64,000 bases of DNA from the NCBI GenBank assembly GCA_050012475.1, contig JBEKHC010000004.1, forward strand, positions 44,297 to 108,296, in the 5' to 3' direction. The first letter of the stretch is position 1. Each line of letters begins with the position of its first letter. Made by a program: the position numbers and the translations under genes. Origin of the DNA: Candidatus Velthaea sp. GTDB lineage: Bacteria > Vulcanimicrobiota > Vulcanimicrobiia > Vulcanimicrobiales > Vulcanimicrobiaceae. The notes under the pieces were generated by a model. It saw only the letters and a list, made by a program, of their open reading frames with translations. It did no database searches and was not told the origin of the DNA. This document shows positions 49,443 through 59,046 of this stretch, one piece after another.

Positions 49443-51002
49443 GTGAACACCGCTACCGTTGGTGGGCGGCTCCGGGTCATCCCGGAAACCCTCCTCGCGG
49501 CTGCCGGCTGGCCGGCCCTGGTGACGGTCTCCGCCGCCGGACTGACGACGGGATTCTTTGCCTGGTACGCGCTCATCTCGCGCGCGCAGCACGGCTTTTT
49601 TTTCCTCGAGAGCACGTTTTTGCTGCTGCTCGCCGGCGGGTGGGCCGCGGCGCTCGGGATTTGGCACGTGTACGCCCGCTATTTCGCCCGGCGCAGCGAG
49701 GTTGCGTATTCCAAGGCCCTGCAGTACGACGCGCTCTCCTGGGGGGCGCTGCTGCTGATGTGGGCCGGCCTGTTGGCGCCGATCGGCGCGAATGCCGGCG
49801 GCCGCTCGGTCGCATTGGCGGTCGGCGGCTTTGCCTTCCTCAAAGTGGTGATCGCGGCCAACTGCAACCGCACGGTGCGCGACGTCGCGACCACCTTCGT
49901 CGTCACCCGCATCGCGATTCTTATCGTCGCCGAGATCGCCGCGCTCGTCGTCGGTCAGCGACCGGGCATTCACTATGCGGCTTCGACCAATCCGGCGCTC
50001 GCCGTCTGGGGGCGCTGGGACGCCGAACACTATCTCAAGATCGCGACCGACGGCTACTCGGGTACCGAGATGGCGTTCTTCCCGCTCTATCCGCTGCTGA
50101 TCCGCGGGGTCGGGGCGCTGACCGGCAATCATCTCGTGGCCGGGTTGTTGATCTCGAATATCGCCAGCTTCTTCAGCTTGCTGTTCTTCTACAAGCTCGT
50201 CGAGCATCAGTACGACCGCGCCGTCGCGCACCGCGCAACGTTCTACATCTCGATCTTTCCGACGGCGGTATTTTTCTCGGCCGTCTACAGCGAGTCGCTG
50301 TTCCTCGCCTTGACGGTCGCCTCGTTTTATTACATTCGCGAGCGCAAATGGCTCACCGCCGGCATCCTGGGCTTCTTCGCTGCGCTCACTCGGGTCGAGG
50401 GCGTGCTCTTGGCCGTGCCGTTCCTCATCGAATGGCTGATCGTCGTTTTCACCAGCGGTCCCTCGCCCTTCGAGTCGCTGCGCAATACGCTCAAGCACCC
50501 GCTGGCCGCACTCGTTCGGCCGGTGGCCGGCTTGCTGCTCGTCCCGCTTGGGCTGCTCTCCTACATGGCCTATCTGTGGGTGCTGCGCGGCGATCCGCTC
50601 TACTTTTCGCACGTCCAGGCGCACTGGGGCCGGCACCTCGCCTATCCCTGGGAAAGCGTCGCGCATTCCGTCAAGATCCTGACCCAGAGCCACGTGCCGC
50701 AGGCCATCGCCGACAGCGGCCTCGAAGTCGCCTTCACGGCCCTGATGGTCGCGGTCCTCATCGCGGGCTTCTGGCGCTTGCGGCCGTCGTACTCGGTCTA
50801 CATGGCGCTCTCGATCTTGATTCCGATGTCGACCTCGAGTCTCATGAGCATGCCGCGCTTCGCACTGGTGCTCTTTCCGATGTTCGTCATGTTCGCGCTG
50901 TGGGGAGCGCGCCCGAGCGTGAACAACGCAATTGTGGCCTTCTCCCTGCCGATACTGGGGTTGTATACGGTACTCTTTGCTGATTGGTATTGGGTGGCAT
51001 GA
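49443..51002 (+). CDS. GT-C polyprenol-phosphate-sugar-dependent mannosyltransferase (PIG-V-like)
   Basis: RWDAEHYL.IA..GY, AFFPLYP.L, FP.A.FFSAVYSESLFL, TR..G, S.PR; multi-TM; start approximate. Confidence 0.88.
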   Translation: MNTATVGGRLRVIPETLLAAAGWPALVTVSAAGLTTGFFAWYALISRAQHGFFFLESTFLLLLAGGWAAALGIWHVYARYFARRSEVAYSKALQYDALSWGALLLMWAGLLAPIGANAGGRSVALAVGGFAFLKVVIAANCNRTVRDVATTFVVTRIAILIVAEIAALVVGQRPGIHYAASTNPALAVWGRWDAEHYLKIATDGYSGTEMAFFPLYPLLIRGVGALTGNHLVAGLLISNIASFFSLLFFYKLVEHQYDRAVAHRATFYISIFPTAVFFSAVYSESLFLALTVASFYYIRERKWLTAGILGFFAALTRVEGVLLAVPFLIEWLIVVFTSGPSPFESLRNTLKHPLAALVRPVAGLLLVPLGLLSYMAYLWVLRGDPLYFSHVQAHWGRHLAYPWESVAHSVKILTQSHVPQAIADSGLEVAFTALMVAVLIAGFWRLRPSYSVYMALSILIPMSTSSLMSMPRFALVLFPMFVMFALWGARPSVNNAIVAFSLPILGLYTVLFADWYWVA

Positions 51003-51442
51003 GCGCGCAGACGCTGTCGGACCGGGCTCCGGCGCAAAAGAAAAAGCACCGCGGGCTGCGGCAATTCGTTAAATTCGGCATCGTCGGCGCCTCGGGGTTC
51101 CTGGTCAACCTGATCGTCTTTACCCTGCTGCAAAGGGTCGTGCCCAATCATGCCGCCAACCCGCAGTACTACTTCATCTATTCGGCGGCGTTCCTGAGCG
51201 GCGGGGTTTCGAACTACGCGCTCAACCGGGTCTGGACGTTCCGCTCCAGCGCGCATCCCGGGCGCGAAGGCGCGAAATTCATGAGCGTCTCGCTCATCGC
51301 GCTGTGCGTCGGGTTGTTCATCTCCTGGCTCGGTCAGCCGTATTTGGGTCATGGGCACAAGCTCTGGTTCGTTTCGACGGTCGGCGCAATCTTCGTTAAT
51401 TTCTTCGTCAATAAGTATTGGACGTTTCGCTCCGTCGACTGA
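50999..51442 (+). CDS. GtrA-family lipid-linked sugar flippase
   Basis: QFVKFGIVGASGFLVN, NYALNRVWTFR, NFFVNKYWTFR. Confidence 0.92.
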   Translation: MSAQTLSDRAPAQKKKHRGLRQFVKFGIVGASGFLVNLIVFTLLQRVVPNHAANPQYYFIYSAAFLSGGVSNYALNRVWTFRSSAHPGREGAKFMSVSLIALCVGLFISWLGQPYLGHGHKLWFVSTVGAIFVNFFVNKYWTFRSVD

Positions 51443-53001
51443 GGCAGTCGCGCGAGGGATGGCTGTGGTGCGGTACCATGGCGGCCTTCGTCGTGGCGGG
51501 CCTGCTGCTGCGCCTGCGCGGCATCCATAACCCGCTGCTCGATCATCCGGGCTGGCGGCAGGGCGATACGGCCGCGATCGCGCGCAATTTCGCCACGCTG
51601 CAATACAACATTTTCTTTCCGCAGGCCGATTACAACGGACCGCCGCCGAACTACGTCGAGCTCGAATTGCAAATCGTTCCGTTTCTTGCAGCGACGCTGT
51701 ACAAAATGTTCGGCGTCCACGAGATTTTCGGCCGGCTGCTGTCCGTTGCGTTCGGTCTGGGGACGATCGTGGTCACCGGGGCGTTCGCTCGCTGGCTGTT
51801 TCGCTCGGCCCTGGCCGGTTTAGCGGCGGCCGCGATCTATGCCGCGCTGCCGGGGGGCATCTACTATTCGCGCACGTTCATGCCCGACACGGCAATGGTG
51901 TTCTTCTTCACCGCCGCGATCTACGCGTGCGCGCGTTTTTTTTGGGACGAAGACGCAAGCTCGTGGCGCGGTTTGTTTCCTGCCGCCTTGCTGCTCATGC
52001 TGGCCTTCCTGGCAAAACCGGTGGCCGTCGTCGCGATCGTCCCCGTCGCGGCGAGCGCGCTTGCCCGGTACGGTTGGCGCAAGACGCTGATGCGTCCGCA
52101 AACCTACGTGCTGCTGGCGGTCGCGTTCGTGCCGCTGGCGGCATACGGATCGTTCGTCAACGCGCACGCCGAGTGGCATTGGGCCAGCGGGATCACGCAA
52201 AAACACGTGCTGCCCGCCCTGCGCCAAGCGTTCACCTCGGTGCACGCGTTCCGCAGCAAGCTCAGCGCGACCGGAATCGTGCTGCAGATGCTGGTGCGCA
52301 CGATGCTGGGGCCGTTCGGATTCGCTTTCCTCGTCGCCGGCTTTGCGCTGCCGTTCCGGCAGCGCGAGCGCGCCCTGCTCTACGCCTGGCTGGGCGCCGC
52401 GCTCGTGTACATCTATATCGTCGTGACCGTCGAACGCGTCGACTATTACATGTATTTGATCTTACCGCTGGCCGCGCTCGTCGGCGGCAACCTGGTGCAG
52501 CGCTTTTGGCTCGCGGCGCGCGCGAACAAAGGCTGGCAAGTCGCGGTTGCCGCGGCCGCACTGCTCTACGTCGCGATGGTTTCGATCGATCGGCGGCTGA
52601 TCGCACCGTACTACGCCTACAGCAAAACCAACTACGCGCTGGCGCGCGCGCTGGACGCAACGCTGGCGCCAAACGCGCTCATCGTCATGGGCCACTACGA
52701 TCCGTCGATCCTGTATTACATCAATCGCAAGGGCTGGGAGGAAGATCCGTATCTCTGGACGCCGTTCGACGAGCAAAGCGCGATCCGCAAGGGCGCGCGC
52801 TATTTCGTCGCCGTCGAGCACCAGCGCCTGGAACACAATGTCGAACTGTATGCCTGGCTAGCCCGTTTTCCGGTCGACGAAACCAAACGCTGGCCGGTCT
52901 ACGAGACCGATTACGCCAAGATGCTGCCCGGAGCCGAAGCGCGCTGGCAGGCCTTCCGCCGCGCCGAGAAAGCGGGCCTGCTGCCGCCGCACCTGCACTA
53001 G
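51439..53001 (+). CDS. GT-C (ArnT/PMT-like) membrane glycosyltransferase; start uncertain (CTG 51439, TTG 51418 or ATG 51478)
   Basis: WRQGDTAAIARNF, E.Q..P, GRLLS, IYYSRTFMPD, LAKP, DYY, P..LYY..RKGW. Confidence 0.88.
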   Translation: MRQSREGWLWCGTMAAFVVAGLLLRLRGIHNPLLDHPGWRQGDTAAIARNFATLQYNIFFPQADYNGPPPNYVELELQIVPFLAATLYKMFGVHEIFGRLLSVAFGLGTIVVTGAFARWLFRSALAGLAAAAIYAALPGGIYYSRTFMPDTAMVFFFTAAIYACARFFWDEDASSWRGLFPAALLLMLAFLAKPVAVVAIVPVAASALARYGWRKTLMRPQTYVLLAVAFVPLAAYGSFVNAHAEWHWASGITQKHVLPALRQAFTSVHAFRSKLSATGIVLQMLVRTMLGPFGFAFLVAGFALPFRQRERALLYAWLGAALVYIYIVVTVERVDYYMYLILPLAALVGGNLVQRFWLAARANKGWQVAVAAAALLYVAMVSIDRRLIAPYYAYSKTNYALARALDATLAPNALIVMGHYDPSILYYINRKGWEEDPYLWTPFDEQSAIRKGARYFVAVEHQRLEHNVELYAWLARFPVDETKRWPVYETDYAKMLPGAEARWQAFRRAEKAGLLPPHLH

Positions 53002-53099
53002 CCTGTCCCGGGCAAGCCCACTCGAACGCGCCGATGTGGACGGCTATCGTGCGGCGCGCGCTCGGCGCGCCGCTCGCCGAACGTTCATAGGCCGCCGGC

Positions 53100-53786
53100 T
53101 CACGGGAGCGGCAGCAGCGATGCCGGCGGCGCGAGGCTTTCGGCAGCGCTCGATTCGGGCGCGCCTGATTCGGCGAGTTGGCGCAGGGTGATCAGGCGCG
53201 TCGTGTCGCGCGCGATCTCGGTGTTGAGCTCGTAGCTTTGACGGATCGCCCGGGTCAGGTCGGTGGTATCGTAGGTGTACTCGAACCGCGCGATCGACGT
53301 GCCGATTTCTTCGCTCGAGCGCTTGATCGCGGCGAACGAACGGCGGATATTGGTGCTTGTCTCTTTGAACGACGGAAAGTTCGAGACGACGATATCGCGT
53401 TTGATCTCCGCCTGTTCGATTTCCGAGCGCAGCGCCGCGATGCGGCCGTCGTCGGGTGAATACTTGGCCGCCAGCGCGAGCGCGTCGATCGCGTCCTCGA
53501 ACTTCGAGTCGCTGAAGAGCGTTTGCGCCAAGCGCAGCTGAACGCTCACGAACCCCTCGCGCGCGTGTTCGTCGTGGGGGGCGACTTTGAGCGCGAGTTC
53601 GTACGCTTCAGCCGCATCGAGGTCGTTGCCATGGGAAAGCGCGACGTCGCCTTGGTGATTGCGCGTCTGTGCGATCCAGTGCGTGATGTCGGTCGCGCAG
53701 CCCGTCACCGTCAGCAGCAGGCCGGCGGCAGCGGCCGGCGGCAGCCAACGCGCGAGCCGTGCGCGAAACCGATGTCGATAGGGCAT
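53100..53786 (-). CDS. TPR-containing lipoprotein
   Basis: Lipobox VTGC; A.EAYELALKVAP, F.DAI.AL.LA.KYSP. Confidence 0.7.
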   Translation of the reverse strand: MPYRHRFRARLARWLPPAAAAGLLLTVTGCATDITHWIAQTRNHQGDVALSHGNDLDAAEAYELALKVAPHDEHAREGFVSVQLRLAQTLFSDSKFEDAIDALALAAKYSPDDGRIAALRSEIEQAEIKRDIVVSNFPSFKETSTNIRRSFAAIKRSSEEIGTSIARFEYTYDTTDLTRAIRQSYELNTEIARDTTRLITLRQLAESGAPESSAAESLAPPASLLPLP

Positions 53787-53801
53787 TTGCGATGTGGATT
53801 C

Positions 53802-54704
53802 TCACGGATGGCCTCGGTGGCTGAAGGCGTGCGCCAGAACGTCCGGGGGATGATTGAACCAGTGCGCCGCGGTGGCGATATACTCCGCAGCCGGAACCAG
53901 AATGAGCTGAGCGAGTACCGTGCCGACGAACGCGGTCACGATGAGCCAGAAGATCATCGAACGCACGTCGGCGCGCGGACGCTCGCCGCGCACCGTCTGG
54001 TCGACGATGTAGGCCGAAGTCGGATCCACGAACACCGAGAATGCGACCGTTCCCACGCCATTGACCAAACCGGAAAGGCCCGTTGCCGTCGTTCGCGAGT
54101 CGAGCACCAGGATACTGGCATAGTACGCTGCGACGACCCCGATTGCATACACGCCCATCAAGATGGTGTTGGCGACGAGCAGCTTGCGCGGAACCGCCGC
54201 CAGTGGGAAGCTGAAGAGAACCGACGGCGGCGGCAGCTTCGTCGAGCGCACGAGATCGAGCAGCACGCGCGGATCGAGTAAGCGCGCCAGTCCGTGCGGG
54301 ATTGAGCCCCGGCGCTCGAACGAGCGGATACCGCGCGTGAAGAGCACCAAGAAGAGCGGCATGAGCAGCGCGCCGATCGCGATCCCGATGCTCCCGCTGG
54401 CAACGATGAGCCGCATCTGGACGTCGAAGCGCGCCAGCAGCGCCGGCGGCACGGCCGTCGCGTGCGTGACGAACGCCGAGCGCGCGGTGCGGTCGGCGAG
54501 GACGCCCAGCGACGGCGTCAGGAACAGCGACGCCAGCCGGCTGGCCGTGACGAACAGACTGAAGAGCGAGATCGCCGTCGCGATCCGTCCGGTGGTGACC
54601 CCGGCATAGCGCGCCGCGTAAGCGCCGATTTGAATCGCCTGCGTCGTGCAGTTGAGCACCATGGCAATGATGAGTTCGGGGACGAAAACGGCCGGCCAAT
54701 CCAC
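53802..54704 (-). CDS. amj: Amj-family (DUF2837) lipid II flippase
   Basis: AYAARYAGV.TGRIA.A.SLF, SR, Y.IGV..A.YA, TA..LSGLVNG..T....FVDP..A.I.D, GTVLAQ....PAA. Confidence 0.85.
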   Translation of the reverse strand: MDWPAVFVPELIIAMVLNCTTQAIQIGAYAARYAGVTTGRIATAISLFSLFVTASRLASLFLTPSLGVLADRTARSAFVTHATAVPPALLARFDVQMRLIVASGSIGIAIGALLMPLFLVLFTRGIRSFERRGSIPHGLARLLDPRVLLDLVRSTKLPPPSVLFSFPLAAVPRKLLVANTILMGVYAIGVVAAYYASILVLDSRTTATGLSGLVNGVGTVAFSVFVDPTSAYIVDQTVRGERPRADVRSMIFWLIVTAFVGTVLAQLILVPAAEYIATAAHWFNHPPDVLAHAFSHRGHP

Positions 54705-54763
54705 CCGGATCTAACGACGGCGGCCGGATCGGCGCAACGTCCGCAATGCGCGGCGCGCGGACA

Positions 54764-56020
54764 CTAAGCGGCGCGAACGGCGGAGAAGCGGATCGACTCC
54801 TCCGCGACCGGACCCAACACGCACAGCCCGCGCATTTCCGGCGCGAGCACCGTGCGCGCCAGGCACTCGACGGCCGACCGATCGACGGCATCGATCTGCG
54901 CTTCGATCTCTTCGACCGTAATTTGGCGGCCGTATACGAGTTCGTTGCGTCCCAGCCGCATCATCCGGCTCGAGGTGCTCTCGAGCGCCAGCGTCAAGTT
55001 GCCCTTGAGGTGTTCGCGCGCCAATGCCACCTCGGCGTCCGTTACGCCGGCAATCGCGCCGTCGAGTTCGGCGCAGATGACGTCGACGCACTCGCCCACG
55101 CGGTCGGGCGACGTCCCCGCGTACACGCCGAACAGGCCCGCGTCGCGATAGCTCTGCTGGAACGAATAGACGCTGTAGGCCAAACCGCGTTTCTCGCGCA
55201 CTTCTTGGAACAACCGGCTCGACATGCCCCCGCCGACGATCGTATCGAGGACCGAAAGGACGTAGCGATCCGCGTCGCGCAGCGACAACCCGCTCGAACC
55301 GAGCAGCACGTACGCCTGCTCGGTGTCTTTGAACGTCAGCGAGACGCCGGGTGTGAGCAGCGGACGGTCCGCCGCCGGACTCGAGGCCGCGCCGCGAAAT
55401 CCATCGAAGGCCGCGGCGACCCGCGCGACGACGTCGTCGTGCTCGAGATTGCCGGCCGCCGTGACGATGACGGTCTGCGGCGCGTAGCGCTGCGTCATCC
55501 ACCCGCGCAAATGAGCGCTTTCCATCGCCGTCACCGTCTCGGCGTGGCCGATCGTCGGTTCACCCAGATCCGAACCGCGCCACATTGTGCGCGTGAACAG
55601 ATCGTGAATCATTTCATCGGGCGAGTCGTCGTACATCTTGATCTCTTCGAGCACGACTTGCTGCTCTTTGCGCAGTTCGTCGGGGTCGAAAAGCGAGTGC
55701 AGGAACATGTCGCCGAGCACGTCGATCGCGATCGGCAGATGCCGGTCCATGACGTGCGCGTAGTAGCAGGTCGACTCTTTGTCGGTGAACGCGTTGAGGT
55801 TGCCGCCGATGCCGTCCATTTCTTCGGCGATCTGCCGGCTGGTCCGGCGGTGCGTGCCTTTGAAGAGCATGTGCTCGACGAGGTGGGAGATGCCGCGGCG
55901 TTCGGCGGGTTCGGCCGACGAGCCCACGTCGGCCCAAATCCCGATCGTTGCCGAACGCACGTGGGGCATGCTTTCGGTCAAAATGCGCACGCCGCTGGGC
56001 AGCGTCGACATGGCGATCAT
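54764..56020 (-). CDS. M16 family zinc metallopeptidase
   Basis: GISHLVEHMLFKGT, GG.LNAFT.KE.T.Y, GGGMSSRLFQEVREKRGLAYSVYS. Confidence 0.95.
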   Translation of the reverse strand: MIAMSTLPSGVRILTESMPHVRSATIGIWADVGSSAEPAERRGISHLVEHMLFKGTHRRTSRQIAEEMDGIGGNLNAFTDKESTCYYAHVMDRHLPIAIDVLGDMFLHSLFDPDELRKEQQVVLEEIKMYDDSPDEMIHDLFTRTMWRGSDLGEPTIGHAETVTAMESAHLRGWMTQRYAPQTVIVTAAGNLEHDDVVARVAAAFDGFRGAASSPAADRPLLTPGVSLTFKDTEQAYVLLGSSGLSLRDADRYVLSVLDTIVGGGMSSRLFQEVREKRGLAYSVYSFQQSYRDAGLFGVYAGTSPDRVGECVDVICAELDGAIAGVTDAEVALAREHLKGNLTLALESTSSRMMRLGRNELVYGRQITVEEIEAQIDAVDRSAVECLARTVLAPEMRGLCVLGPVAEESIRFSAVRAA

Positions 56021-56535
56021 TGCGGGGTTCCCTTCGCAAGCGAATCCGCGAACGACGGATCCCAGTACACATTCCGTCCCGAGTCCAGGCGGCTGCTCAG
56101 CTCGGCCAGCGCCGTCCGCGGAACGGTGACGGCAAAGACCGTCGCCGTCGTCGGGACCGCGGCGTCACCGCTCACGACGAGTCCCTTGCCCAAACCCAAC
56201 GGAACGGTCGTCCACAGATCGACTTCCTCGAGCGCAGCGTGGCTGAACGCGCCCTTGACCAGCGCGCGCACCTCGGCTAAAAAGCCTTGCCGGTCCAGGG
56301 GATGTTTGAACTTCACACCGGACAGCACCAGCCCGCAAATACGATGCGCGCCCGCGCGCTCGCAGCGAATCTGGATCAGCTGCGCCGGCAACGGATCGGC
56401 CAAGAGCGCGCGGCCGAGCGCGACGGCGGTCGCCCGATCGCTGCCGCGGGCACGGGCGGCGGCACGCTGCGCGACGTCGCTTGCACTCAGCGGTCCGGCG
56501 ATCGCCAGACTCAAGACGGCGGCGAGAATGCTAAT
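56017..56535 (-). CDS. Hypothetical exported protein between proS and the M16 peptidase (start uncertain)
   Basis: Open frame with a signal-like N-terminus (ISILAAVLSLAIA); its stop overlaps the M16 ATG. Confidence 0.65.
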   Translation of the reverse strand: MSILAAVLSLAIAGPLSASDVAQRAAARARGSDRATAVALGRALLADPLPAQLIQIRCERAGAHRICGLVLSGVKFKHPLDRQGFLAEVRALVKGAFSHAALEEVDLWTTVPLGLGKGLVVSGDAAVPTTATVFAVTVPRTALAELSSRLDSGRNVYWDPSFADSLAKGTPQ

Positions 56536-58000
56536 AACTCTGGGCGACGTACGCCTGCACCCGCGCGGGTTCGCCGCAAGCGAGGCAGGTCGGCCCGAGC
56601 GCGGGCTCGCGCACGTTGCGCGTCGTCGCGCTGGTGTGTTCTTTGATCGCCGCTTCGCACGCGGGCCGCGCGCACCACGGAATATCGAGCATCCCGGCGC
56701 GGCTCTTCGCCTTGGCGATGAACTCGTCGTGCGTCGCCGGAGCGAACGTGTGATCGCGCAGAAACGTGCGTGCTTGGGCGTACAAGTTGGTCTGGATGGC
56801 GGCGAGCAGTTCGCGGATCGTCGGTGCGATGTCGGCCAGCGCGACGGCCGTTTCGCGGCCCGCCGTTTTCGGCGCGAAATCGCGCCGGACCACGGTGACC
56901 TTGCCTTCGGCCAGATCGCGTTCGCCGACCACGATCCGCAGCGGAACGCCGCGCAGGTCCCAATCCGCATACTTGTTGCCCGGACGCAGATCGCGCTCGT
57001 CGAGCTTGACCCGGAACTCGGGTTTGAGCTGGGCGTGCAGCTGTTTGGCAAAGTCGCTCGCCACGGTGCTTTCGCCCCGCGCGATCGGTACGATGACGAC
57101 TTCGACCGGCGCCATTTTCGGCGGGATGCGCAGACCTTGGTCGTCGCCGTGCACCATGATGAGCGCGCCCAGCACGCGCCAGGACATCCCCCACGATGTC
57201 GTCCATGCGTATTGCTGGGTTTGATCGCGGCCGGCAAACGTGATGTCGTATGCGCGGGCAAAGTTCTGTCCCAGTTCGTGCGACGTTCCGGCCTGCAGCG
57301 CTTTACCGTCGGGCATGAGCGCTTCGATCGAAAACGTCCGGTCGGCGCCCGCGAAGCGTTCGCTCGAACTCTTCTCACCTTTGTAAACCGGTACGGCGGC
57401 AACGTCCTGGACGACTTCAGCGTACACGTCGAGCATCCGCGCGACTTCGGCGGCGGCTTCGGCTTGCGTTTCGTGCGCGGTGTGGCCTTCTTGCCACAGA
57501 AATTCGAGCGTGCGCAAGAACGGACGCGTGCGCTTTTCCCAACGCATGACGTTCGCCCATTGATTGATGAGGATCGGCAAGTCGCGGTAGGACTGAATCC
57601 ATTCGGCATACATCACGCCGATGATGACTTCGGATGTCGGCCGAATCGCGAGCCGCTCGGTGAGCTTTTCGGTTCCGCCCTGGGTTACCCAAGCGACTTC
57701 GGGCGCAAAACCCTCGACGTGCTCGGCCTCGCGCATGAGCAGCGATTCGGGGATGAGCAACGGGAAGTAAGCGTTTTCGTGCCCGGTCGCCTTGAAGCGC
57801 ACGTCCAATTCGCTTTGCAGGCGCTCCCACAGACCGAAGCCGTAGGGACGCAGCACCACGCAGCCGCGGACCGGCGAAAGCGAAACGAGTTCCGCTTTAT
57901 AGCAAACGGCTTGATACCACTCGCTCAGATCGTCGGCTTTGCGCGGAATTTCCTTGACAAACGGGGTCTTCTCGGGTGGTTCGTCGTCCTTGTTGGTCAT
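56531..58000 (-). CDS. proS: Proline-tRNA ligase, archaeal/eukaryotic type (no INS editing domain)
   Basis: FPLLIP.S.L..EA.HVEGFAPE, RPTSE, QWANV.RWE.RTRPFLRT.EFLWQEGHT, GTSH.LGQNF, C-terminal Cys zinc motif. Confidence 0.97.
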   Translation of the reverse strand: MTNKDDEPPEKTPFVKEIPRKADDLSEWYQAVCYKAELVSLSPVRGCVVLRPYGFGLWERLQSELDVRFKATGHENAYFPLLIPESLLMREAEHVEGFAPEVAWVTQGGTEKLTERLAIRPTSEVIIGVMYAEWIQSYRDLPILINQWANVMRWEKRTRPFLRTLEFLWQEGHTAHETQAEAAAEVARMLDVYAEVVQDVAAVPVYKGEKSSSERFAGADRTFSIEALMPDGKALQAGTSHELGQNFARAYDITFAGRDQTQQYAWTTSWGMSWRVLGALIMVHGDDQGLRIPPKMAPVEVVIVPIARGESTVASDFAKQLHAQLKPEFRVKLDERDLRPGNKYADWDLRGVPLRIVVGERDLAEGKVTVVRRDFAPKTAGRETAVALADIAPTIRELLAAIQTNLYAQARTFLRDHTFAPATHDEFIAKAKSRAGMLDIPWCARPACEAAIKEHTSATTRNVREPALGPTCLACGEPARVQAYVAQSY

Positions 58001-58069
58001 CGTCCACTCACCTGGGTTCGCAGAGGCCGGAAAGCGTCCTCCGCGCGCCCGGCGAACGCCAGCCCTCGC

Positions 58070-58699
58070 ATGCCGAAGCTCACTCGCATCTACACTCGTA
58101 CCGGCGACGACGGAACGACCGGTCTCGTCGGCGGGCAACGCGTCAAAAAGAACGCGCTGCGCATCGAAACCTACGGAACGGTCGACGAACTTTCGAGCGT
58201 GGTCGGCTTGGCGCGCAGTGCGCTGGCCGAAGTGGTGCGCAAGCGCCCGGTTCAGGACGCCGCGCGAGCAAACGCCGTAGCGGCTCGACTCGACGCGTGG
58301 CTGGCCTGGACCCAGGACGTCCTGTTCAACGTCGGCAGCGATTTGGCGACGTTGCCGAACGACCGCTGGGAGGGCATGCCGCTGGTCACGCCGGCCGACG
58401 CACTGGCGCTCGAACGGGCGATCGACGAGGCCCAACGCGACCTCTCGCCGCTGGCCAATTTCATCCACCCGGGCGGCGCCTTCGCCGGCGCCTTCTTGCA
58501 CCAAGCGCGCACCATTTGCCGCCGCGCCGAACGGCTGCTCGTCACCTTGAACGACAACGAACCGATCTCCGGCGACGTGATCCGCTACGTCAACCGGCTC
58601 TCGGACGCCCTCTTCGTCTGGTCGCGTTGGATCAACGCCGCGCTCGACCAGCCAGAGCATCTCTGGAACCCGCAAACCCTGCCGCCGGCCGAGAACTGA
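58070..58699 (+). CDS. pduO: PduO-type cob(I)alamin adenosyltransferase
   Basis: RIYTRTGDDGTT.L.GG.RV.K...RIE.YGTVDEL.S, Q..LF..G.DLA, F.HPGG, LHQARTICRRAER, Y.NRLSD.LF. Confidence 0.94.
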   Translation: MPKLTRIYTRTGDDGTTGLVGGQRVKKNALRIETYGTVDELSSVVGLARSALAEVVRKRPVQDAARANAVAARLDAWLAWTQDVLFNVGSDLATLPNDRWEGMPLVTPADALALERAIDEAQRDLSPLANFIHPGGAFAGAFLHQARTICRRAERLLVTLNDNEPISGDVIRYVNRLSDALFVWSRWINAALDQPEHLWNPQTLPPAEN

Positions 58700-58716
58700 C
58701 AGGCGACAAAGATCAC

Positions 58717-58745
58717 TTGACGCATCCCACCTGGGGTGGGATATT
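58717..58745 (+). promoter_or_regulatory. csoR-copA promoter with CsoR-type operator
   Basis: TTGACG -35 followed by the palindrome ATCCCACC-tgg-GGTGGGAT (58724-58742); C-tract/G-tract typical of CsoR sites. Confidence 0.8.
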
Positions 58746-58752
58746 GGACATC

Positions 58753-59043
58753 GTGCAGCGTACCAGCAGCCTTTCGCGCGAAACGAAAGCAGCGATTCTC
58801 AATCGCCTGAAGTCGGCGCGCGGTCACCTCGACGGCGTAATCCGCCTGGTCGAAGACGACACGTATTGCGTGCAGGTCATCAAGCAGATCGCCGCCGTCC
58901 GCGGCGCACTCGACCGGGTGAGCCGGATCGAGCTGGAAAATCACCTCGAGCATTGCCTGCTCGATCAGATCGCGGCAGGTCAATCCGTCGAGGCGATTGC
59001 CGAGGTCGTCGAGATCCTCGGCCTGCGTCCCGAAGTGGCATAG
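58753..59043 (+). CDS. csoR: CsoR-family copper-sensing repressor
   Basis: NRLKSARGHL.G..R.VE.D.YC..V.KQI.AV..AL....LENHL.HC (C-H-C ligands). Confidence 0.92.
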   Translation: MQRTSSLSRETKAAILNRLKSARGHLDGVIRLVEDDTYCVQVIKQIAAVRGALDRVSRIELENHLEHCLLDQIAAGQSVEAIAEVVEILGLRPEVA

Positions 59044-59046
59044 CGG

